Source: Pseudomonadales bacterium
GTDB taxonomy: Bacteria > Pseudomonadota > Gammaproteobacteria > Pseudomonadales > GM7GCV1
Length of the DNA stretch: 64,000 bases
Assembly: GCA_965221105.1 (NCBI GenBank)
Contig: OZ244871.1
Span: 511,648-575,647 of the forward strand
Direction of reading: 5' to 3'
Part shown: positions 56,646 through 64,000 of the stretch, in pieces
How positions within the stretch are numbered: position 1 is the stretch's first letter
How the letters are laid out: the number at the start of each line of letters is the position of its first letter
Position numbers and translations under genes: made by a program
The notes under the pieces: model-generated
Database searches by the model: none
What the model was told of the DNA's origin: nothing
The model's input: only the letters and a program-made list of their open reading frames with translations

Positions 56646-58595
56646 ATGCCCAGGACCTTTACCGCGATCCCCGAGTGTGCACCGGCGACACCGCTGCTGG
56701 ATCAGATTGATCTGCCCGAGCACCTGCGTGCTCTGGAGGAGGGCCAGCTCGGTCAGCTGGCCGACGAGCTGCGCGAGTATCTGGTGTATGTTGTCGGGCA
56801 GGTGGGGGGGCACTTTGGTGCCGGGCTGGGTGTGGTTGAGCTGACGATTGCCCTGCATTACATCTTTGACACGCCCCACGACCGGCTGGTCTGGGATGTG
56901 GGGCACCAGACCTACCCCCACAAGATTCTCACCGGTCGCAGGGACCGGATTACGACCCTGCGCCAGAAGGGTGGTCTGTCCGGTTTTCCCAAGCGCTCTG
57001 AAAGTGCCTTTGACACCTTTGGCGTGGGCCACAGCAGCACCTCGATCAGCGCGGCGCTTGGCATGGCGCTGGCCGCCCGGCAGACGGGCACGGATCGCAA
57101 GCATGTGGCGGTGATCGGCGATGGGGCCATGACGGCGGGCATGGCCTTTGAGGCACTCAACCATGCGGCCCACACCGGGGCGGACATGCTGGTCGTGCTC
57201 AATGACAACCAGATGTCGATTTCGGAGAATGTCGGCGGTCTGTCCACCTACTTCTCAAAGATCTGGGCGAGCAAGTTCTACAACTCTATCCGCCGCGAGG
57301 GGCAGAAGGTGCTGTCCCGGGTGCCGTCCGCCTCGGAGTTTGTCCGGCGCACCGGGGAGCATATCAAGGGCCTGGTCTCGCCGGGCATGCTGTTTGAGGA
57401 GATTGGCTACAACTATATCGGCCCCATTGATGGTCACAACCTGCCGTGGCTGGTTGAGACCCTGCGCAACATCAGGGCCCTGTCCGAGCCGGTGCTGCTG
57501 CATGTCATTACCCAGAAGGGGCGTGGGTTTGATGTCGCTGAAGAGGATCCCATCGCATACCACGCCATCGGGCGGATTGCCTCGGCCCAGGAGTCACCCC
57601 CGGCCCAGTCCCCACCCCCGCCCCCTGCGGGGCCCAAGTACCAGGATATTTTTGGTCGCTGGCTGTGCGATATGGCGGCCCGGGACGAGGCGCTGGTCGG
57701 GATCACGCCCGCCATGCGGGAGGGGTCTGGCATGGTGGCGTTCTCCCGCGAGTTTCCGGAGCGCTACCACGATGTGGGCATTGCCGAGCAGCATGCGGTC
57801 ACCCTGGGTGCGGGCCTGGCCTGTGAGGGTCTCAAGCCGGTGGTGGCCATCTACTCGACCTTTCTGCAGCGCGGCTATGACCAGCTGATCCATGATGTGG
57901 CCCTGCAGAACCTGGACGTCACCTTTGCGCTGGACCGCGCCGGTCCGGTTGGGGAGGATGGGGCCACGCATGCCGGGTCGTTCGACATCAGCTATCTGCG
58001 CTGTATTCCCAACATGCTGGTGCTGACGCCATCGGACGAAAACGAAACCCGCCAGGCACTCTATACGGCCTACCAGCACAGGGGGCCTGCGGCTGTTCGG
58101 TATCCGCGGGGTTCGGGGCCAGATCATCCGGTGGAGGCTGAGATGACGGCCTGGCCGCTGGGCCGGGGCTGTGTCCGCCGGTCTGGCGAGGCGCTGGCCC
58201 TGCTGGCCTTTGGCCCGGTGCTGGAGGGCTGTCTCAGGGCGGCCGAACAGCTCAATGCCACCGTGGTGGACATGCGCTTTGCCAAGCCGCTGGACGAGGA
58301 TCTGATCCGGTCCATGGCCGAGCGCCACGAGACCCTGGTGACGGTGGAGGAGAATGTTGTGGCGGGTGGTGCCGGGTCGGCGGTTCTGGAGTGTGCGAGC
58401 CGGGCGGGCATTCGCACGCCCATCCTCACCCTGGGGCTCCCTGACCGGTTCCAGGAGCATGGGTCGAGGGGCGACCTGCTGGATCAGGCCGGGCTCACGG
58501 CCCGGGCCATTGTGGACCGGTTCGCCCGGCACTCGCGGCAGCTCCGGAGCGGGTCCGGACGGGTCGGCGGGTCTGGTGCGGGACAGTCTGGCTGA
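56646..58595 (+). CDS. dxs: 1-deoxy-D-xylulose-5-phosphate synthase
   Basis: [13 protein letters not shown]...[46 protein letters not shown]...[18 protein letters not shown] 56646; the track's upstream extension is not plausible. Confidence 0.95.
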   Translation: MPRTFTAIPECAPATPLLDQIDLPEHLRALEEGQLGQLADELREYLVYVVGQVGGHFGAGLGVVELTIALHYIFDTPHDRLVWDVGHQTYPHKILTGRRDRITTLRQKGGLSGFPKRSESAFDTFGVGHSSTSISAALGMALAARQTGTDRKHVAVIGDGAMTAGMAFEALNHAAHTGADMLVVLNDNQMSISENVGGLSTYFSKIWASKFYNSIRREGQKVLSRVPSASEFVRRTGEHIKGLVSPGMLFEEIGYNYIGPIDGHNLPWLVETLRNIRALSEPVLLHVITQKGRGFDVAEEDPIAYHAIGRIASAQESPPAQSPPPPPAGPKYQDIFGRWLCDMAARDEALVGITPAMREGSGMVAFSREFPERYHDVGIAEQHAVTLGAGLACEGLKPVVAIYSTFLQRGYDQLIHDVALQNLDVTFALDRAGPVGEDGATHAGSFDISYLRCIPNMLVLTPSDENETRQALYTAYQHRGPAAVRYPRGSGPDHPVEAEMTAWPLGRGCVRRSGEALALLAFGPVLEGCLRAAEQLNATVVDMRFAKPLDEDLIRSMAERHETLVTVEENVVAGGAGSAVLECASRAGIRTPILTLGLPDRFQEHGSRGDLLDQAGLTARAIVDRFARHSRQLRSGSGRVGGSGAGQSG

Positions 58596-58899
58596 CATGA
58601 GGCCTGTGAATGACTGGACATGGGTGGATGAATGACTACTATGTGCACTGCCCCGGAGGGGGCGAACTGACACAGCACCTGACCACCGACTGCGGTGTGG
58701 CACTGTGCTGCCGAACCTGTCCAATCTCCACGAGAGGGAACCATGTCTGAATCAATGCCTGCTGTAGTACCGCCCCTGTTGGGCGCATGTGGTCGATTGA
58801 CACTGTCTGGCGGGACAACCAGAAAAGTATTGACTGGCTTGTTGCGAATATGGTGGAGTTCTGTTGTACCCTTCAGAAAGAACACGCAGACCAACACAG

Positions 58900-60036
58900 A
58901 TGAGATACCAGGATACTAAGGTGAGCAGACATTCTTCCCCAGCTGCCGACTCTCAGGCGAATCCAGTACTCGTTACCGGCTCCGCCGGACACGTTGGCGC
59001 AAATCTCGTGCGTCGGCTGCTCGACGAAGGCATCCGGGTACGTGTTCTGCTGCGACAGGAGGACAATAACCAGGCATTGGAAGGCCTTGACGTCGAGCGC
59101 GTATGGGCTGATATCAGATATCTCGACGCGACCCGGCGCGCACTCGAAGGCTGTCAGGGGGTCTATCATGTCGCAGCCAAGATTTCGACGATCGACGGCA
59201 ATAATGCCCATCGCCGGGAAATCTACGAGTGCAATGTGATCGGAACCCGCAACGTGCTGCAAGCTGCGCGCGAGGCCGAAGCCGGGCGGGTCGTGGTGAC
59301 GGGTTCCTTCAGCGCGGTGGGCTACGATCTCGATGATCCGTCGGCACCGAGCGATGAGACGATGCAGTTCTATCCCATGGAGCGCACCATGCCCTACGAA
59401 CGCAGCAAGACACTCGTCGAGCACGAGTGTCTGCACGCTGCTGCCATGGGTCAGGATGTCGTCATCGCGACCTGCTGCGCTGTGGTGGGCGGCGCCGACT
59501 ATCTCCCGTCACGCCTCGGCAGAACCATGTGCGATTATACCAACGGTAAGTTGCGCGCCTATGTGGACGGCGGCTTTGAATTCGTCGCCGCGCGCGATAT
59601 CGTGGAAGGCCACCTGCTCTGCATGGAAAAAGGCCGCTCCGGCGAAAAATACATATTCAGTTCCGAGTACAAGACCATTTCCGATATCATTGACCTGTAC
59701 GAGGAGGTTTCGGGAGTTCCCCGTCCAAATCGGCGAGTCCCCGCCAACCTGATGTACCTGTTTTCTGAAGTGGCGAGTTCCTATTTGAGCCGCTTTCACC
59801 CGAATTTTCCGCAACGTTTTACACCTGGTGCCATCCGCCTCCTTAAAAAACGCCGGCACGCCAATCTTGCCAAGGCGAAAAGCGAACTTGGCTACCAGCC
59901 AACAAGCATTCGTGATGCCGTGCATGACGCCTACGCTTTTCATTATTACCAGCGCAGGGCTATCAGCAATCCGGACGCGAAACTTCCACGCCAACCAGTG
60001 GAAGAGGAGGCACCGCAAGACGAGATTCTGGTGTAG
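58900..60036 (+). CDS. Extended SDR, NAD(P)-dependent (3beta-HSD/decarboxylase-like; SdmB-like candidate)
   Basis: VLVTGSAGHVGANLVRRLL (GxxGxxG), YERSK (YxxxK), immediately upstream of a Rieske oxygenase. Confidence 0.75.
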   Translation: MRYQDTKVSRHSSPAADSQANPVLVTGSAGHVGANLVRRLLDEGIRVRVLLRQEDNNQALEGLDVERVWADIRYLDATRRALEGCQGVYHVAAKISTIDGNNAHRREIYECNVIGTRNVLQAAREAEAGRVVVTGSFSAVGYDLDDPSAPSDETMQFYPMERTMPYERSKTLVEHECLHAAAMGQDVVIATCCAVVGGADYLPSRLGRTMCDYTNGKLRAYVDGGFEFVAARDIVEGHLLCMEKGRSGEKYIFSSEYKTISDIIDLYEEVSGVPRPNRRVPANLMYLFSEVASSYLSRFHPNFPQRFTPGAIRLLKKRRHANLAKAKSELGYQPTSIRDAVHDAYAFHYYQRRAISNPDAKLPRQPVEEEAPQDEILV

Positions 60037-60082
60037 AATAAGGATGCGTAGGACTTATATTCATAGCAGGAGATAGTGTGTC

Positions 60083-61180
60083 ATGAACACGGCAGTAAAT
60101 GCGCCTCCCGATTTCGCAGAGGCACGCAATCTGCGCCAGAAGGCGCGGGCGGCGGGTATGAATCCCAACTACTGGTACGCAGTGGAAGAAGTTCGCAATG
60201 TGAAACCGGGTTCGGTTGTCGAGGTCGTTTTCTGGAAGCGATCAATTGCACTGTTCCGCACGGATGAAGGCGAGTTCCATGCAATGGAGAATCGCTGCGC
60301 CCATCGCCAGCTCAAGTTGTCGCTCGGACAGGTGGAGGGCTGCCGTTTGGTCTGCGCCTATCACGGCTGGAGGTATGATGAACACGGCCGCGTGGACAGC
60401 ATTCCAGACGTGTTTGGACGAGAGAACATTCCTGATATTTCGATCAGGAGTTATCCGGTGCAAGTTCGCTACGGCCTCGTCTGGCTGTTTCCCGGCGATC
60501 CCGAACTCGCTCAGCAGAGCCAGATTCCGGAAATTCCGGAGATAGAGGGGCCGGACCGCTGGGCCTGCGTACCGATCAGTTTTACCTGTTCAGCTCATCA
60601 TTCGATGATTATTGACAACGTCAGCGACTTCTCCCACGCCTACCTGCACCGTAAATACAAACCTTTCGACACTGCAGATCTGCCTCACTTCGAAACCAAA
60701 GGGGACGATGTTCATCTCGCCTACAATACGCAGGTCGGGTACGGGCGCATTTCGAGATTGTTTGTGGATCACGACCGTCTCAACACCAACTTCATCAAGC
60801 TGTGCTACCAGTACCCCTATCAGTGGTCCAATACCGACGACGAAATCAAGCACTGGCTTTTCGTGCTGCCCATCGACGAGCGCACGACCCGAACATTCTT
60901 TCTGTTCTACTTCAAGTCACTGAAAATCCCCTTGCTGCCGGTGCGCTTTCCGCGTGTCGCAATGACCGCGGTGATGAAGCTCTCGAACCGGTGGCTGATT
61001 GGCCCACTGCTCGATCAGGATCGGGTCGCCGTCGAAGCAGAGCAATTGGGATACGAGCAACATTGGGATGCTCAGGCCATCGAACTCAATCCGGTAGTCA
61101 GCGCGTTCCAGCGCGTGACCGTTCGCAAGTGGCAAGAGTACCTGGCCCAGGACGCGAAGACAGAGCATGCTGTCGCCTGA
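60083..61180 (+). CDS. Rieske [2Fe-2S] non-heme-iron oxygenase (SdmA-like candidate)
   Basis: aggag RBS. Rieske motif CAHRQLKLSLG...CAYHGWRY. Mononuclear Fe motif NVSDFSHAYLH. Confidence 0.85.
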   Translation: MNTAVNAPPDFAEARNLRQKARAAGMNPNYWYAVEEVRNVKPGSVVEVVFWKRSIALFRTDEGEFHAMENRCAHRQLKLSLGQVEGCRLVCAYHGWRYDEHGRVDSIPDVFGRENIPDISIRSYPVQVRYGLVWLFPGDPELAQQSQIPEIPEIEGPDRWACVPISFTCSAHHSMIIDNVSDFSHAYLHRKYKPFDTADLPHFETKGDDVHLAYNTQVGYGRISRLFVDHDRLNTNFIKLCYQYPYQWSNTDDEIKHWLFVLPIDERTTRTFFLFYFKSLKIPLLPVRFPRVAMTAVMKLSNRWLIGPLLDQDRVAVEAEQLGYEQHWDAQAIELNPVVSAFQRVTVRKWQEYLAQDAKTEHAVA

Positions 61181-62270
61181 CTCCACGCTTGCACCGATGG
61201 TGCTCTCAAGTGAAACCCTGCTCGATGCGGCGGTTATGCTACTGGTATTTATGAGTTTCCTGTTTGTCGGCTCCCTGGTCCTGCCAGGACGGAAGCTTAT
61301 GCTGACCGATGCCAACGGTGAAGTCAGGACGTTCAAGCTGAACGGGCTCTCCCTTTTTCTGCTGGTCTCGGCCTTGGCCGGACTGGCCCAGTACCTGGGC
61401 TGGTTCTCGCTGTCATCGTTGTATTTTCACTTCGCAGCGCTGTTCGTAATGGCCAATGTCTTCGCTTTCGCGTATTCCGGCTGGCTGCAGTGGTGCGGCG
61501 CAGGGAAGCCGGGCACGACGGAGGGATTCTGGCGTGGTTTCTTCATGGGCCGACAACTCAATCCCACCTACCTTGGGGTCGATATGAAGCTGTTCAGCTA
61601 TAGGCCCTCCCTTATCGGCCTGGCACTGCTCAATGCTTCATTCGCAGTTGTGCAATATGAGGCCTATGGCGAGTTGACGCTGGGAATGATGCTCTACCAG
61701 GTTTTTACCTTTATATATATATTCAACTATTTCCAGTTCGAGCAGGGTATGATCCACACATGGGACATTCACAGCGAGCGCTTCGGCTGGATGCTCGTGT
61801 GGGGTGATTACGTGCTCGTGCCCTTCTTTTACTGCCTCGCTGGCTGGTGGCTGGTCGATGCGTCCGGGCCAGCGTTATCGCCCATCGCCGCCGTAGGCAT
61901 CGCGCTGCTGTTCGTCTTCGGTTTCTGGCTTTTCCGGGGATCCAACCAACAAAAACACCGTTTCAGGCAGGATCCAGATACCAGAATCTGGGGCAAACCC
62001 GCCGAGGCTCTCGATGGTCGCCTGCTCGTTTCAGGTTTCTGGGGTATCGGACGGCATCTCAATTACACCGGCGAAATCTGTATTTACCTCTCCTTTGCCC
62101 TGACTACCGGCTTCGTATCCTGGATACCCTTTCTTTTGCCAGCCTGGCTGACGGGATTGCTGGTGCACAGGTCACGCCGCGATGAACGCCGCTGTCGCGC
62201 CAAATATGGTGAACTCTGGGATCGCTACACACAACGGGCACGGTTTGTAATGGCACCATACGTCTATTGA
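61167..62270 (+). CDS. ERG4/ERG24-family sterol reductase (C-14 reductase-like)
   Basis: LLVSGFWGIGRHLNYTGEICIYLSFAL...LLVHRSRRDERRCRAKYGELWDRYTQRARFVMAPYVY (cf. TM7SF2 LLTSGWWGMVRHPNYLGD...LLVHREARDERQC..KYG...IMPYIY). Multi-TM. Overlaps the Rieske gene by 14 nt. Confidence 0.88.
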   Translation: MLSPDSTLAPMVLSSETLLDAAVMLLVFMSFLFVGSLVLPGRKLMLTDANGEVRTFKLNGLSLFLLVSALAGLAQYLGWFSLSSLYFHFAALFVMANVFAFAYSGWLQWCGAGKPGTTEGFWRGFFMGRQLNPTYLGVDMKLFSYRPSLIGLALLNASFAVVQYEAYGELTLGMMLYQVFTFIYIFNYFQFEQGMIHTWDIHSERFGWMLVWGDYVLVPFFYCLAGWWLVDASGPALSPIAAVGIALLFVFGFWLFRGSNQQKHRFRQDPDTRIWGKPAEALDGRLLVSGFWGIGRHLNYTGEICIYLSFALTTGFVSWIPFLLPAWLTGLLVHRSRRDERRCRAKYGELWDRYTQRARFVMAPYVY

Positions 62271-62278
62271 GGAATTTG

Positions 62279-63679
62279 ATGATGTCCTACTCCCATAGCG
62301 CTCTGGAGAGGCACACACCTGGGCTGGCGAACGGAGAGATCCCCGAAATGACTGGGGGCTGGCCCGTACTTGGTCATCTTCTGGAATTCCAGCGCGACCC
62401 GGTCGCGTTGCTGCGCCGCGGCTGGCGCGAGAACGGTGAATTGTTCCAGTTCCGTATTGGTCGGCACAAGTTCGTGGTGTTTGCTGGCCCCGAAGCCCAC
62501 GATGCCTACTTCAAGGCACCGGAAGAGACACTCGACGCCAAGTCGGTGTATCAGTTCACCGTACCGATTTTTGGCCGCGGCGTGGCCTACGACGTCTCAT
62601 CCGAACTGATGGCCGAACAGCTCGGATTTCTGTTCCCCGCGCTTCGGAAATCCGCCATGCGGCGCTACGTCGACATCATGTTCGAGGAACTGGAAAGCTT
62701 CGCCGAGGCACTCGGTCAGGAAGGAGAACTCGACCTGCCCTATGCGATGAACCAACTGACGGTCAATATCGCAAGCCGTTGCTTTATCGGCGAAGAAGTC
62801 CGTAACGAGGTGGATTCTGGTTTCGCCGAGGCGTACCACGATTTGCAGAATGGTATCAATACGCTCGGTTTCTTTTTCCCCAGGTTGCCAATTCCGGCGC
62901 ATCTCACACGCGATCGTGCGCGACGCAAGATTACTGAAATTTTCAGCGGGATCATGCACGAAAGACGACGCACTGGTGCCCGATCCGAGGACTTTATGCA
63001 GACCCTGATGGAAGCACGCTACAAGGACGGACGGATGCTGAGCGACGATGAGATCACGGGAGTGCTGCTGACGACATTGTTTGCGGGCCAGCATACCAGT
63101 GCCGTGCTCGCGACCTGGACCGGCCTGGAATTGCACCGGGATATCCCCTATCTGGATCGGGTCCGCGACGAGATGCTGAAGGCCTATGGCGGTGAAGACG
63201 CTCTGAGCTACGAAGGTCTCAAACACCAGGAAGTGCTGGAAAATGCTGTTCGCGAGTGCGAGCGGCTGCATCCACCGTTGATCATCCTGATCCGCAAAGT
63301 GTTGAGATCACTGACCTATGCGGAGCGCACCGTTCCCGCCGGAGCCATGGCCATAGTGGCTCCGGCACTTTCGCACGTGCTGCCGCATGTATTTGCCGAC
63401 CCTGATAGGTTCAATCCAGACAGATTCGCCCCGCCTGCAAGTGAGGGAAAGCAGCATACCTACACGCTGATTGGCTTCGGTGGCGGCAAACACCGCTGCA
63501 TGGGCGAGAACTTTGCCATTATGCAAGTCAAGGCGATCTGGACCGTCTTACTCGACCGTTTCGATTTCCAGTCAGACCGCCAGGTTCCCGCGCCGAATTA
63601 TGGAAGCTGGGTAACAGGGCCCAGGCCGCCGTGCCGAATTCGCTACAAACGCCGCGCGCAGGTCGGCATTTTTCAGTGA
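62279..63679 (+). CDS. cyp51: Sterol 14-alpha-demethylase (CYP51)
   Basis: Collinear with M. tuberculosis CYP51 as I recall it: GHLLEFQRDPVALL, TVPIFGRGVAYD, I-helix LFAGQHTSA, LHPPLIILIRKV, FGGGKHRCMGENFAIMQVKAIWTVLL, terminal PPCRIRYKRR. gagga RBS 5 nt before ATG 62279. No fused ferredoxin. Confidence 0.9.
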   Translation: MMSYSHSALERHTPGLANGEIPEMTGGWPVLGHLLEFQRDPVALLRRGWRENGELFQFRIGRHKFVVFAGPEAHDAYFKAPEETLDAKSVYQFTVPIFGRGVAYDVSSELMAEQLGFLFPALRKSAMRRYVDIMFEELESFAEALGQEGELDLPYAMNQLTVNIASRCFIGEEVRNEVDSGFAEAYHDLQNGINTLGFFFPRLPIPAHLTRDRARRKITEIFSGIMHERRRTGARSEDFMQTLMEARYKDGRMLSDDEITGVLLTTLFAGQHTSAVLATWTGLELHRDIPYLDRVRDEMLKAYGGEDALSYEGLKHQEVLENAVRECERLHPPLIILIRKVLRSLTYAERTVPAGAMAIVAPALSHVLPHVFADPDRFNPDRFAPPASEGKQHTYTLIGFGGGKHRCMGENFAIMQVKAIWTVLLDRFDFQSDRQVPAPNYGSWVTGPRPPCRIRYKRRAQVGIFQ

Positions 63680-64000
63680 ACGTTTCGGCGCAGCCCCACT
63701 ACGACGTTGCCATCGTCGGTGGGGGTCCGGTGGGGAGCTTCTGCGCGCTTGCCCATGCGCGCAAAGGAGCCAGAGTCGCCCTGCTCGAGGGCAATCCGAA
63801 GGCAGCCAAGAGGTTGGCGGGAGAGTGGCTTCATCCGCCCGCCGTGCGAATGCTGGAAAATTTCGGCCTGAATCTCGTCGGGAGGCCGGGATTTTTCCCC
63901 GGGAAGGGATTCGTAGTATTTCCGGAAGACCGCTCGGAATCCATTCTGCTGCCTTATCCAGCGGATGCCACCGGTCTGGCATTCGAACATTTCACGCTCG
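63676..64000 (+). CDS. FAD-dependent monooxygenase, squalene-epoxidase-like (5' part, runs off the window)
   Basis: Not in the ORF track because it is open-ended. GTG 63676 overlaps the CYP51 stop (GTGA). HYDVAIVGGGPVGSFCALAHARKGARVALLEGN...RLAGEWLHPPAVRMLENFGL (cf. the GELLQPGG motif of squalene monooxygenases). Confidence 0.6.
   Translation, partial: MNVSAQPHYDVAIVGGGPVGSFCALAHARKGARVALLEGNPKAAKRLAGEWLHPPAVRMLENFGLNLVGRPGFFPGKGFVVFPEDRSESILLPYPADATGLAFEHFTL

Noticed and set aside
55603-58724. Long antisense ORFs (55603..56625, 56625..57173, 57594..58724) opposite ispA and dxs. Similar ones lie opposite prmA (16535..17158), the EBP-like gene (46479..47429), the SRPBCC gene (47770..48804), the P450 (48814..49656), the FAD oxidoreductase (51199..52230) and purH (19607..20317).
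   Set aside because: These are shadow ORFs typical of GC-rich coding DNA. Their translations are Arg/Pro/Gly-rich and motif-free, while the opposite strand carries unambiguous conserved genes.

Overview
The window is a 64-kb chromosomal segment with gammaproteobacterial synteny: aroQ'-prmA-zinc-ribbon/DUF3426-fis-purH-purD and xseB-ispA-dxs. It falls into four zones. (1) 1-16.2 kb and 23.9-35 kb are accessory and heavily decayed. They hold TonB-dependent receptor (TBDR)/MFS modules, a FecI-FecR-transducer cassette, a mazEF pair, an AbiE-like wHTH/nucleotidyltransferase pair behind a 63-bp perfect palindrome, and IS/transposase/integrase fragments. I count roughly 19 gene remnants, several long direct repeats that bracket cassettes, and a 17-nt poly-G tract that currently switches off a secreted-protein gene. 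(2) 16.2-23.5 kb is an intact housekeeping block. (3) 35-44.7 kb carries a TBDR plus an S9 peptidase, then an RND(MMPL)/LolA-like/outer-membrane trio. (4) 46.7-64 kb is the most interesting part. It is a large, intact sterol biosynthesis and tailoring cluster arranged as two divergent arms around xseB-ispA-dxs. The right arm encodes an extended SDR, a Rieske oxygenase, an ERG4/ERG24-type reductase, CYP51 and a squalene-epoxidase-like FAD monooxygenase that runs off the window. The left arm encodes an ERG6-like sterol C-24 methyltransferase, an ERG2/sigma-1-receptor homologue, a COG2907-type FAD oxidoreductase, a GPP34(GOLPH3)-cytochrome P450 fusion, an SRPBCC protein and an EBP-like membrane protein. 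No rRNA genes, CRISPR arrays or intact tRNAs were seen. All calls come from reading the ORF translations and the DNA by eye; no database search was run.
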